64,000 bases of DNA from Octopus sinensis (GCF_006345805.1 NC_043000.1:7440001-7504000); one strand, 5' to 3'; counted from the first letter of the stretch, positions 36,116 to 49,104 are shown. The notes: generated from the letters alone by a model not told the origin. A program made the numbers and translations.

Positions 36116-38629
36116 TTACCCTGTATAAATTCATTGTTATAAGGGTGATAAAGTTTTGACTGATCTCACAGCAATGAATCAAATCTGGGGTGTCCAATAC
36201 AACTCCAAAACAGCATGACTGTGTTTTCATGGCATCTGTATCAGAAAAATTCTTGTAGATAAGTTGGAAACAGAGTATCTGAGGTTCCACACATGATGCT
36301 GTGATATTTATTATCTGCTCTATGTGGCTTCTGTAGTGATTCTTGTGGTGTATTCTTGCATCACTGAGATCCACAAAGCGCCTTGACCAAAGCCATGGGA
36401 ATTCAAAGACCACTTTGAATTCTTCTATTTACATAGAGTATTGAATTGTGTCAAATATTCCACTTTCACTTTGTGATCATAAACTAAAAGTTTACCTTTA
36501 TGATGTCTTACCAGGGCTCAGGTATCCTATTCTTTATTGTCTGAAACAAAAAAGAAATTATCAAGACAAGAAATAAGCAGTATGATTCATTCACCTGTAT
36601 ACCACTTACCCATGTGACAGTTCTTATTTCAGTGCTTATTACCTGTCTATTTGAAATTGATCCCTTGAATTATAACCCAGGCCCCTTAACAACTCAAGTC
36701 ATAACACCTTCTTAGAAATTTTCACCATCATCATCTTTTAATGTTTACTTTTTCCATGGCTTGCTTGCATCAGAGAAAATTTGTTGAGGCAGATTTTCTA
36801 TAGCTGGATACCCTTCTTATCACCAATCCTCACCTGTTTTCAAGCCAGGTAATATTTCCCTTGGTTCTTTGAATATAGACACCACAATGGCTGATTATGA
36901 TTTCATAGAAGGTTGCAAATGGATCACACTGCTTGTATGATTGGTGATGTTTGTTGACAGCTATCATATGATGTGAAGAGAAAGAGAGACAACACACACA
37001 GATCCCCCCACACACACAATCCATGCACACATGCACATACACACATATATATATATAACATACACATACAATCCATGCACACATACACATATAAAATATG
37101 CTGCTTTCAGTTTTCATCCACCAAATCCATTCCCATGGCTTTGGTCAAATCTGATGCGCATGTGCCTCTGGAGAGGACGCATCAGTTTACTTAGCTGTTT
37201 GGCATGGATACCTGATCTTATGGACAAAGAACAATAAACTTGGCATAACTATGTCGTAAAAAGCTTGCTTCCCAACCACAAAGATTGGGTTGAGGAATAA
37301 TTCATGAATGTTTTTTCAAATTTATTTTAAACAAAAAAACTACAACAAATTAATCAATAATATACTTACACCTACATATAATTACATATAGTTTTCTAAT
37401 ATATAAATATTCTATTTTAATTTGAAAACATAGATATCTCTTTGCAAGATTTTTGATCTGAAACCAATTGTTTGAAACCAATATTGTTGTTATTCTAGAA
37501 ACATCTTACTGTTAAAGCCTTTATAGATTTTAGTTATATGACTCTTCCAAAATGTAGCAACAACTCTATTCAGTTAGTTTCTAAAATGTAACCCCCAAAT
37601 ATGATGCAAATTGTAACATTTCTAAGTTGGAAATCTAATGCCTTATTCAGTCGGCCTGTTTACCTTTGCAAGTTAAAAAAGTTGGAAATTATGCGTCCCA
37701 AATACAGTTTTCAGACTTCTACTATAGTCTTGGGCTAACCAAAGTCTTGTGAGTAGATTTGGTTGACAGAAACTGAAAGAAGCTTGCTAAATCTATGTCT
37801 GTTAGTATATGAGTGTGTATTTGTGTCTCCTTGTTCTGATGTTAAGTGATGGTTGTAAGTAAGTGTCACCACCATACAGCCATGTTATTCATATCTAGTC
37901 TTCCATATAAACATATTAAGCCAAGGGGAAACATTACCTTATTTGAAAACAAGTGAGATTTGGTGACAGGAAGGGTGTCTGACCATAGAAAATCTGCCTC
38001 GATGAATTCCATCTGCTCCATGCAAACATGCAAAAATAGAAGTTAGAATGACAATATGGTGTTTCTTTTAAAAAGGCACAGGCATGTTTGTGTGGTTAAG
38101 AAGTTTGCTTCTCAACCATGTGGTTTCAGGTTCAATCCTATTGGGCAGCACCTTGGGCAAGTGTTTTTTACTTATGGGGCTGAACTAATGATGGGCTTCT
38201 TTCAGTTTCCATCAATCAAATTCCAAAATGCAACACCAATTTTGTTACTTAGATTAATTCCATTCTTCTTATAACTGTTGGTCATTCGATTTTTTGTTTT
38301 GCTTTATCTGTAGACTGTGTGCAGTGTGACATTGAATATCCTAAATTTCTGGCAGCATCCCAACCATTCCACTCTGATCCACAGATCTATTTTGGCCATG
38401 TTACTGATTCTGAACTTATCAAAAGTTTCGGGGTTACTGAGTATCCATCAATTGTCTACTATCAACCAGGCAGTGAATCACCATCTATGTAAGTCTTTGT
38501 GGTTCCTTTTTTTAAAATTTCATGCTTGTTTTTTGTTCCAGATATTTCCTCTTTTCCGCTTACATAAATCACTTACATCATCCATCATCCATCATAATCA
38601 TCATCATCATAGTTACCATCAACATCATC

Positions 38630-39010
38630 ACACAAGAACTTCCGGCGGTTTATTTTTTGTTTGTCACTGTTATTTATGATAACCCTAACCCTAAAACCTT
38701 AACCCTAACCCTAAAACCCTAACTCAAAAATCCTAACCTTAAAACCAAAACCAGTACAAATGCATGAACGATTTCATAAATAACAGTGACAAACGAAAAA
38801 TACACCACTGATAGTTGTTGATAAACAATGGCAGTAATTTTATTCAGCTGAATACACGTCATTGATTGGTTGAAATTACCGAAATACGAATACTTTAATG
38901 TGAAATTACTTCGTAAATATAAGTTTTTCTCAAAAATGCTAAAAGTAACAGATGTTTTATATGACACATTCTACCAGTGTCCGAAGTTTGAAAGGGTTTA
39001 GTTACAAAAA
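38630..39010. mobile_element. Interspersed element with (TAACCC)-like repeats enclosed by an inverted repeat
   Basis: 38651-38679 and 38774-38802 are a 28/29 inverted match around taaccctaaccctaaaacc units. The architecture resembles Helentron-associated (DINE-1-like) elements. Confidence 0.55.
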
Positions 39011-39040
39011 ATTATTCTGTTGGTCAAAAGGTAAAGATCC

Positions 39041-39543
39041 GATTATTCTGACAAATGCAATGCTTATTCATTCACATTGTTTTCATTTAATCATGCATTA
39101 TCTCAAAGCTTCAAGATTACGATGATGTCATCATCATCAGCTAATGTCTTTTTTCCATGCTGGCAAGGGTTGAACGGTTTGATTGGAGCTGGTAAGGTCA
39201 GAGGCTGTATCATGCTCCATTGTCAGTTCAGGAATGGTTTCTATAGCTGGATGCTCTTCCTAATGCTAGCCACACCACTGAGTACTGGGTACTTTTTATG
39301 TGGCACTAGCATCAGTACTTTTAATGTGGCACCAGCATGAATGCTCTTTATGTGGCACCAGCACCTGTGCTTTTTATGTGGCACAATTCTGCTGTGGAGG
39401 ATAGGTAGGCCTTCGTGATGTGATTTGATATTTTTAGAATAACATTGCAAGGTTAGTGTGAGAGACCAGATGTGGCCAGTCTGGACATAAAACAGATACA
39501 ATATTTGTACTGGATATGGTCGGTTTAAATGCTAAATAGTTAA
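39041..39543 (-). mobile_element. TTAA-ended MITE copy 3, interrupted by an RTE-tail element (39129-39415) carrying 3.6 x 26-bp repeats
   Basis: The MITE end aatgctaaatagttaa is at 39543. The insert is flanked by tgatgt at 39123-39128 and 39416-39421. The 26-bp units start at 39291, 39317, 39343 and 39369. Confidence 0.8.
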
Positions 39544-40251
39544 TGCTTAGTGACTCTCTCAAATCACCAATGCTTTGCCTTTCATGCAAATGAACATTGA
39601 TCATTCATTAATTCTTAATCAATCCATTTTCATCCAGCCTCTTGCAGATCTTCGGAATTTAATGCTCATATCTCATAACCAAGCAGCATCCTCTTTCTTG
39701 GATGTGCTTCATACAATCTTCCCTTTGCATGTGTGTGTATGTTTGTAGAGAGAGAGAGAGAGAGAGATTTTGTTGTCAACAGTTTTAATGCCTCTTTTTT
39801 TATTGTTGTTGTTCTGATTCAGTAAAAGTCTAATTGACACCTGATGCCGTTTCAGAGATTTTTCTGGGAGCAGGGAACTGACATGATCGATCGCTGAAAT
39901 TAAACTTTACTATTATAGCTATCAAGCAGAAATCTGATCTCTGGAGTGTGCCGTATTTACTGGCTTGGAATATTCTTCCAGATTAGTTTAGCTTTTCTTG
40001 ATTGATTGATTCGTAAACGGAAGGGGAAGAAGAGTGAAGAATAAAGTTGCTAGCGAGTTAAAAGTATTCTCAGCCTAAAAAAGTTTGTTCTTTTAATAGA
40101 ATTTTATATTGGAATTTAGTATCATGACTACTACTGCCTCTTCCCACACATCTCTAGCAATGAGCCAATGAAGGAGCTTGACCTAGTAGAAACAGCAGTT
40201 AAATCACCCTCAAATTGCACCCTTTCATCTTAAAAAAATGAAGAAAAGCAA

Positions 40252-40603
40252 TATTTCATCTGCCGTTATGTTCTGAGTTCTAATTCCGCGAGGTTGACTT
40301 TGCCTTTCATCCTTTCGGGGTTGATAAATTAAGTGCCAGTTACATACTGGGGTTGATGTGATCGACTTAATCCATTTGTCCCCTCTGTGTTTAGCCCTTT
40401 GTGGGTAGTAAAGAAATAGGTATTTTGTCTGCCGCTATGTTCTGAGTTCAAATTCCGCTGAGGTTGACTTTGCCTTTCATCCTTTCGGGGTCGATTAAAT
40501 AAGTACCAGTTACGCACTGGGGGTCGATCTAATTGACTTAATCCCTTTGTCTGTCCTTGTTTATCCCCTCTGTGTTTAGCCCCTTGTGGGCAATAAAGAA
40601 ATA
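40252..40603 (+). mobile_element. Head-to-tail dimer of the SINE family A body
   Basis: Units start at tatttcatctgccg (40252) and tattttgtctgccg (40421), joined through aaagaaatagg. Confidence 0.88.
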
Positions 40604-41289
40604 AAAATATTAATGATGAGGATATTCTGCTGAGGTCGACTTTGCCTTTCATCATTTTGGGATTGATAAAATAGGTACCAGTTGAACACTGGGGTCAATG
40701 TAATTGACTTACTCCCTCCCCCAAAATTTCTGGCCTTGCGCCAAAATTTGAAACCAATATTAATGATGTGGATGATGATGATGATATTATAATGAGTGGA
40801 TTTGGTTCAAATTATTATTCTTCACAGACATATAAAGCTTAGCCTGTATCTAAAATTGAATCAATAAGTTTAATAGTGTATTTACTTCATACTACAAAAA
40901 AGAAAATTAGATTTTAATCAAGATAAATATTCCATTATCACCAACTCCTCACAGTAGCTGTTTCATCACAGTTAAGTCATCAGTTATCTGTTTGCCAGAA
41001 GCCATCTCATACAACATTCTCTGTATTTTACACAATTTCAAAAATTCCTGTTAGTTGCTCTTATTAAAGTAAGTTATCTCTCGTATTTGGTGTTTTTAGA
41101 TTGTAAACACTCTGAGAAGGAAGTTTTGTTTTCTAATCGTATAGATAATCTCAGTTAATCAATCTTCTCCACTCACTATGGTACATATGTGAGACCCCAC
41201 TATATTGGTGTTAAGAAGAGCACTCCCCTAAGGTATTTTCTCTCTGCTAAAAGAGAATGATTTGATTTATATAATAACATTTTTGTTGT

Positions 41290-42090
41290 TTCATATTAGT
41301 GTTCTTCTTCATCATCATCATCGTTGTCGTTATCCTCCTCCTCTTCCTCCTCCGTCTGTTTTCCATGCTGGCATGGGTTAGATGGTTTGACAGGATTTGG
41401 CAAGGCCAGGAGCCACACCAGGTTCCATAGTCTGTTTTGGTTTGGTTTCTACGCCTGGATGCCTTTTCTAATACCAACCACACTACAGAGTGTGCTGGGT
41501 GCTTTTTATGTGACACCATCACCAGTACTTTTTATGTGGCACCAGCACTTTTTACATGGCACCGTGGCTTTTAGATCTCAGTTCTGTTGTGGGTAGGTCT
41601 TCTTGAGTGCAGCAATGCATGACTTACCTCTGTCTTCTGTCTTCTCTTTGTAAGGTTCAGTATTTTGAGATCGAGCTTCAATGCTTCGTCACATGTCTTG
41701 CTTTTCCACAACTTCCCTCCACTTTAACTGATCAACTCTTCTTTATGCAACTGTCCTCATCCCATGATCAAACCAATGCAGTCTCCTCTCTTGCACACTA
41801 CATATAATTCCTCTTATGCACAACCTCTCTCTCTCTCAATACACTAGTGCTCTGTTGCACATGCACACTGACATCACACATCCAGTTGCGCATACTAGTT
41901 TTGTTCCTCTCTAGCCTTCACATGTCCTCTGCATTCAGAGCTCACACATCACTACCTTCTATCATTGAAGTTTGTACACATGCATCATACAATCTTTCCT
42001 TCATTTGGATTGGGCACCATACAATCTTTCCTTCACTTTGTTGCCAACAAAAGTTACCATTTGTAGGAGCAATACTAACCATCCTTATGT
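41290..42090 (-). mobile_element. Degraded 5'-truncated RTE LINE (C-terminal ORF remnant, 3'UTR and tail)
   Basis: Reverse complement is similar to 47900-49104 (for example tgtatgatgcatgtgtac and gtgcaagagaggagactgc). It carries short 26/20-bp gtgccacataaaaagca repeats near 41500-41565. Confidence 0.75.
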
Positions 42091-42350
42091 AACAAGTCTG
42101 TGATTGCAAACTGTGGTTGCGATTTTGAATTTATTGATACCACCAGCAAAGTATAAATATTAATCTTGTAAATATTGTGGAACTATTTTTATTGATTTTT
42201 TTTTCTCCCATAATAACTACCTTTCACATTAAGTATATTTATGGCGTAATTTCCTCTTTCCATTTCTTTGAATTCATCATCATTGCCATCATCAACATCA
42301 TTTAATGTCTGCTTTCCATGCTGGCATGGGTTGGATGGTTTGACAGGAGC

Positions 42351-42589
42351 GATGGTTAGGCGGCGAGCTGGCAGAAACGTTAGCACGCCGGGCGAAATGC
42401 TTAGTGGTATTTCGTCTGCCGTTACGTTCTGAGTTCAAATTCCGCCGAGGTCGACTTTGCCTTTCATCCTTTCGGGGTCGATAAATTAAGTACCACTTAC
42501 GCACTGGGGTCGATATAATCGACTTAATCCCCTTGTCTGTCCTTGTTTGTCCCCTCTATGTTTAGCCCCTTGTGGGTAGTAAAGAAATA
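42351..42589 (+). mobile_element. SINE family A inserted into an RTE-tail element with a 14-bp TSD
   Basis: ggtttgacaggagc occurs at 42337-42350 and 42590-42603. Confidence 0.92.
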
Positions 42590-42877
42590 GGTTTGACAGG
42601 AGCTGGCAAGCCAGAGGACTGTACAAGGCTCTACTGTCTGTTTTGGCATGGTTTTTATGGCTGTATGCCCTTCCTAATGTCAACCACTTTACAGCATGGA
42701 CTGGGTGCTTTTTATATGGCACAAGCTGCAGTGAGGTCACCAAATAATTTACAAGACAAGACTATTTTATTTTACCATCACAGTTAAAATATGTATTAAT
42801 TTTAAGAAGACTGAAATCCATATCCTATAACCAACCCTGACTAACTTAGATCTCAAGTGACTATGTTTTATCTAGAT

Positions 42878-43121
42878 CAGTACTTCTCAACCATTTTTTT
42901 GTACCTATGGACCCCGTTTTTTACTTGGATTGAAACCCCCTACTCATCCAATGTTTAAAAAATATCATATATTTTTATAACCAAATATTATTAAGAATTG
43001 TATTAAAAAATTGTTAAAATATTTTGTGTATTATAGGAATTTAACTAATTTGTTGCTGATAAATTTTAATGACAAACTCTTATACGGACCTCTAAGGGCC
43101 ATATGGACCCCTGTAGCACTG
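42878..43121. mobile_element. hAT/Charlie-like MITE (degenerate)
   Basis: Starts cagtacttctcaac and ends agggccatatggacccctgtagcactg. Related to 49984-50334. Confidence 0.6.
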
Positions 43122-43288
43122 CCTTTATTTGAACAAATTGATTCTAGGACCTATTTTTTGTAAGCCTAGCAATTATTCTATTAGTCACTTTTGCCAAACC
43201 ACTAAGTTATGGGGACGTAAACACCAGTATTGGTTGTCAAGAAATGGTAGGGGGCACAAACACAGACACACAAGCACACACACACATG

Positions 43289-43320
<32 letters not shown>

Positions 43321-43559
43321 CACACAAGCACACACACACACACACACACACGACAGGCTTTTTTCAGTTTCCATCTACAAAATCGACTCGCAAGGCTTTG
43401 GTCAGCCTGAGGCTATAGTTGAAGAGATTTGGCCAAGGTGCCACACAGTGGGACTGAACTGGGAACCATGTGGTTGTTAAGCAAGCTACTTGCCTCACAG
43501 CCATGCCTACACCTTGCCATACAGCCATGTCCGTGCCTCCCACACAGCCAAGCTTGCAC

Positions 43560-43604
<45 letters not shown>

Positions 43605-44027
43605 TGTATATATGTGCGTGTATCTGTTATGTGTGTGTTTGTATTTCTTTGACCTTCATGTGTGTTTATTCTCCGGTTGTAAACCACAGATTCCTGAGAG
43701 TGTCATCTGCTTGCAGTCCATCATAAAAGCATGTCCAGTCTTCTTCACATGTCTTGACATCGTGCACAATCATTGCAAACAAGACTCATTCATACAATGT
43801 GGCTTGCTTGTAAAACGTGTCCAGGCAGCTGTTTGTTGTTTCATAGACTGGGAAACTATTACCATGCTTGCTAAAACAAGTAAAGGCTGGTGACAGAATG
43901 ATTATTTGGTTGTAGAGAACTCTGCCTCAACATATGCTTGTCTGACCTATGAAAGCATAGGAAAGCAGATCTTAAAATGATGATGATGATATAATTTAAT
44001 GTTGTTTAGCTCCTGTTGAGTAGACTT

Positions 44028-44628
44028 ATTCCTTTATTACCCACAAGGGGCTAAACATAGAGGGGACAAACAAGGACAGACAAACGGATTAAATCGATTG
44101 CATCGACCCCAGTGCGTAACTGGTACTTAATTTATCGACCCCGAAAGGATGAAAGGCAAAGTCGACCTTGGCGGAATGTGAACTCAAAATGTAACTGCAG
44201 ATGAAATACCTATTTCTTTACTACCCACAAGGGGCTAAACACAGAGGGGACTAACAAGGACAGACAAACAGATTAAGTTGATTACATCGACCCCCAGTGC
44301 GTAACTGGTACTTAGTTTATCGACCCCGAAAGGATGAAAAGTAAAGTTGACCCGGCGGAATTTGAACTCAGAATGTAACGGCAGACGAAATACCTATTTC
44401 TTTACTGCCCACAAGGGGCTAAACACAGAGAGGACAAATAAGGACAGACAAACGGATTTAGTCAATTATATCGACTCCAGTGCATAACTGGTACTTATTT
44501 AATTGACCCCGAAAGGATGAAAGGCAAAGTCGACCTTGGTGGAATTTGAACTCAGAACGTAGTGGCAGACGAAATACCTCTAAGCATTTCGCCCGGTGTA
44601 CTAACGATTCTGCCAGCTCGCCGCCTTC
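44028..44628 (-). mobile_element. Trimeric SINE family A (one head plus three ~170-bp bodies) within a single 18-bp TSD
   Basis: ctcctgttgagtagactt occurs at 44010-44027 and 44629-44646, around three tandem bodies joined at gaaatacc|tatttctttac. Confidence 0.92.
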
Positions 44629-44849
44629 CTCCTGTTGAGTAGACTTGTTATTGGAGGTATTCTAGCCATGACAATCCAGTCTCTCATTCAGACAGTGGTA
44701 TCTCATTGTTGCTGGCAGCTGTGGTGATGGTGGTTTTAACTAGTATCTGAGAATTTAGTTTCTTCTTTGCTGAATGCTTCCTTTATGGTGATGGCATTGA
44801 TGACTGTGTAGAGCAGTTCTTGGTATCTAGGACTACGTTATACAGGTCA

Positions 44850-45590
44850 AATCAGATATGGGGGCATGCACCATTGCAGTGTGTAACTGAATCCATCATT
44901 TGTCGGTATCTGCTCAAGTTGTTCTGGGAAACCCTCTGAGTAGTAATGTCCCAGACAGTTTCCATGAAATACTTCCTCATCCATTGTGACCATGAGGTAT
45001 GTGGCTGACTAACATGAGTGGTCACCACAGCTGGTTTCTCAGAGGAGAGAACACAGTATGTAAGATGCAACTTGGAGCAACATCACCAAACACTTCCGAA
45101 TCATACAAGTAATGGAACACATTTTAGTTTCTGTTCATAGTTGTTGGCTGGAGTTGAAATCTGACCAATGGTAACCAATAATCCTGCAAAATGTTCTGGT
45201 AACAAAGGAGTTCCGAATACTTCTTCATCCACTGTGACCATGAGGTCTGGTCAACACGAGCCATCACCACTGCTGGTTTCTCAGAGAAGAGATTATGGTA
45301 TGCAGGGTACAACAGAGAATTGAGCAACATGGCCAAGTGGGCTAAACTGATGCTCCTGAACCATAAAAGTAACAGGACACAGCTTCTGCATATAGTTCTA
45401 GGTTGGATTCAAAATCTGACCAAAGGGAGCCCATAATCTTGCAAAACATTCTGGTACTGAAGGAGTTCAGGTAGTCCCTAACAGCTCCAGGCATTGTCCA
45501 AGTCTTGCAATTGTAGAGCAAGTGAGGGAGGCCCAGAGGCCTGGAGATCTAAACCTTTGTCTCTTGTGTCTGCCAATATCTGCAGTATAC
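44850..45590 (-). pseudogene. Old RTE LINE C-terminal fragment, tandemly duplicated with a ~250-bp period
   Basis: The minus strand reads KTWTMPGAVRDYLNSFSTRMFCKIMGSLWSDFESN (RTE ETWT...RRILG..W.D.VSN-like). tacttcYtcatccaYtgtgaccatgaggt recurs near 44970 and 45218. Confidence 0.6.
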
Positions 45591-47067
45591 AGTACATTAT
45601 CAAGTTTTTCAAGATGCTAAGGTGTGATTCGAGGGAGATTTAGTTACTATTTATAGCAGGTCAAGTGTCCATGTAGAAGAGGATGTCTTGCTTGTTATTA
45701 TGACTATTAGTTAGGTTAGTAGAAAACTACTTTTTGAAGTTATTTTCAGGTCTTTCCTTGTGAGATATGGGAAAGTTTTGTTAATTACAGTATTTTATAG
45801 ACAGTTGAAAATAACTAAATGGAATATGGATGAGATGGACAGTTTTTATCTTTGCTGGAAACTGCTTAATATTGGAAGTTTTATAGAAGTATATTCTTTA
45901 TGTCTTACTAGAGTTGTTCTTTACTCTATAAAATATGGCTGCCTATTTTTATTATGTATGTAGTTATGAAAACTTGCTGCTTTATTGAATTGATAATGTG
46001 TCAGTGAGGAACCAAAGAATTAATGATGTTTTTGTGTTTGTGTTGCAAAATTCTTGGTGTAAAATTATGCGTTGAATCAAGATGTTGTTGTATCTTGGTA
46101 GGATTATTTTGTTTGTAAGAAGCACATACATTGGTACCTAATACCACACTCTACTAATCTTAAAAAAGCAAAAAAAAAAGAAACCAAAAATTGAAATTAA
46201 TAGTGTACAAAACAGTGTAATCTTTGATACTACTATGTCTGAATAAGAGACAGGGGCTGTCATGGTTGGAATGCCTCGATAACAGAGCTTGATTCAAGGC
46301 TAAACATCTGAACAGAAGCTGAAGAACAACAAATAGAACAATAGACCACCAGTATGACAATTCGTTTGTTAAAGGTAGTTTGGAAGCTGTTACTTCTCTT
46401 CATTGTTTTTAATATAGTTAACTAATTAACTAATCAATTGCTTGATCAATCAGTCAATCAATCAGTTGATCTGTCAGGGTCTTTTTGTTGCCATTTGCAA
46501 CCTCATCAATGACATGTTCACATTAGTTCAGTTCTGTCATTGATGAAGGTGCAACTGGTGATAAAAGGATTCGGATAAACCTACTTATTGATTGATTGAT
46601 TGATTGATTGATTAAACGAATAGTCTTTTAGTTAATTGATTAATTAGTTAAGTAGTTGAGACTAACAGTAATAAAGAAGTGAACTGGAACCAGTGTGTGT
46701 GTTTTGTTGGCAAAATGACTCTCCCAAGATTCAACAATTATTGGTTCATATCATATTGTTGATATTATGGTGGAGATCAAACTTCCTTTATATGTTACTG
46801 AAGAGCCAAAAGTCTCCGGATAGAAATAATACTAGTCTGTCTACAACTTGAATAATGTATTTCCATGGGTACTTTATCTCAAACACGGTGAATAGCAGAG
46901 TTGTTAGAATATTGGATAGAATGCCTTGTGTTATGCATTTTGACTGTCTGTGCTCTGAGTTCAAATCTTGTTGAGGTTAACTTTGTCGTTCATTCTGTAA
47001 GAGATGATAAAAAAGTTTCAATCTAAGGCAGTGGCTTAACCCATTAGCATTTAAAGCTGCCATATCT

Positions 47068-47295
47068 TATTTCTTTGCTGCCCACAAGGGGATAAACATA
47101 CAGGGGACAGACAAAGGAATTATGTCGATTACATTGACCCCAGTGCATAACTGGCACTTAATTTATCGACCCCCGAAAGGATGAAAGGCAAAGTCGACCT
47201 CGGCGGAATTTTGAACTCAGAATGTAACGGCAGACGAAATACTGCTAAGCATTTCACCTGGCGTGCTAACATTCCTGCCAGCTTGCCGCCTTAAA
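47068..47295 (-). mobile_element. SINE family A with a 15-bp TSD
   Basis: aaagctgccatatct occurs at 47053-47067 and 47296-47310. Confidence 0.92.
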
Positions 47296-47394
47296 AAAGC
47301 TGCCATATCTGGCTCAAAATATTCTACCTGTTTTATGTTCAAATTAGCCAGATCTAGCCTCTTCCGCACCTACCCTACAACATTATTCTAAATA

Positions 47395-49104
47395 TACTCC
47401 AGGCAATTATGGAGGAATTCAAGACAGGTTGCTCCTGGGAGCTCCTCTACACTGACGACCTTGCTCTAATTGCTGAGTCACTATCAGAACTGGAGGAGAA
47501 GTTCCAGGTGTGGAAAGAGGGTTTAGAATCAAGGGGCCTTAGAGTCAACCTAGCTAAAACCAAAGTACTAATAAGTAGGAAGGTAGACAATCCACAAATA
47601 TCTTCAGGAAGATGGCCCTGCTCGATCTGTAGAAAAGGTGTAGGTAGAAACTCTATAAGATGTACCCAGTGTAAGCTATGGACACATAAGAGGTGCAGCA
47701 ATGTCAAAGGTAGGCTAACTGGGAAGATAGTTTTTGTATGTGGCAGATGCTCAAGAGCATTAACCTCCGAAAATCTGCAGAAAACAACTTCCGTCACTTT
47801 CCAGGGGGAATAACTAAAAGTAGTTGATAGCTTCCGTTATCTAGGTGACCAAGTCAGTAGTGGGGGTGGGTGCGCTGAAAGTGTAACTGCTAGAATAAGA
47901 ATAGCCTGGGCAAAGTTTAGGGAGCTCTTACCTCTGCTGGTGACTAAAGGCCTCTCGCTCAGAGTAAAAGGCAGACTGTATGATGCATGTGTACGAACAG
48001 CCATGCTACATGGCAGTGAAACATGGGCCGTGACTACTGAGGACATGCGTAAGCTCGTGAGGAATGAAGCCAGTATGCTCCGATGGATGTGTAATGTCAG
48101 TGTCCATACTCGACAGAGCGTTAGTACTTTGAGAGAAATGTTGTACCTAAGAAGCATCAGTTGTGGTGTGCAAGAGAGACAATTGCGCTGGTATGGTCAT
48201 GTGGCGAGAATGGATGAAGATAGGTGTGTGAAAAAGTGCCAATCCCTAGCAGTTGAGGGAACCCGTGGAAGAGGTAGACCCAGGAAAACCTGGGACGAGG
48301 TGGTGAAGCACGACCTTCGAACTTTAGGCCTCACTGAGGAAATGACCAGCGACCGAGACCTTTGGAAATATGCTGTACGTGAGAAGACCAGGCAGGACAA
48401 GTGAGCCCAGCCGACTTATGAATGCCTTTCCTCCCTTGGACACAAAAACCTGTTGAGGCAAGCGAAGTCGATATAGAACCTCATCCGACGACAGGCACCC
48501 ATGCCAACCCCCTTTGCTTGCGAAGACATGTTGGGGCAAGCGAAAGCGAAATCGAATTGAACCAGCCAGGATCCCTGGTCTGGTGGTACGTAAAAAGCAC
48601 TATCCGACTCATGGCCGATGCCAGCGCCGCCTCCACTAGCTTATGTGCCGGTGGCACATAAAATACACCAATCCGACCGTATGACAGGCACCCATGCCAA
48701 CCCCCTTTGCTTGCGAAGGCATGTTGGGGCAAGCGAAAGCGAAATCGAAATCGAATTGAACCAGCCAGGATCCCTGGTCTGGTGGTACGTAAAAAGCACT
48801 ATCTGACTTGTGGCCGATGCCAGCGCCGCCTCGACTGGCTTCCATGCAGGTGGCACGTAAAATGCACCAATCCGACCGTGGCCGTTGCCAGCCTCGCCTG
48901 GCACCAGTGCAGGTGGCACGTAAAAAGCACCCACTACACTCACGGAGTAGTTATCGTTAGGAAGGGCATCCAGCTGTAGAAACTTTGCCAGATAAGACCG
49001 GAGCCTGGTGCAGCCTTCTGGATCCCAGATCCCCGGTCGAACCATCCAACCCATGCTAGCATGGAGAACAGACGTTAAACGATGATGATGATGATGATGA
49101 TGAT
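47395..49104 (+). mobile_element. 5'-truncated RTE-clade LINE: RT C-terminal half with a PHD-like insertion, one premature stop, repetitive 3'UTR and (GAT)8 tail
   Basis: ILQAIMEEFKTGCSWELLYTDDLALIAES...VNLAKTK...GE*LKVVDSFRYLG...ARIRIAWAKFREL...LHGSETW...LRWYGHVARM...RGRGRPRKTW...DRDLW. ORFs 47409-47813 and 47940-48404 are in the same frame, separated by TAA at 47811. Confidence 0.95.

Noticed and set aside
38680-38750. True telomere or chromosome-fusion site
   Set aside because: The tract is short, degenerate, single-orientation and enclosed by an inverted repeat belonging to an interspersed element.
44028-44628. Self-cleaving ribozyme in the SINE A tandem unit (retrozyme-like multimer)
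   Set aside because: I found no CUGANGA/GAAA core with supporting stems on either strand by eye. An Infernal search for other ribozyme classes would be needed to exclude it fully.
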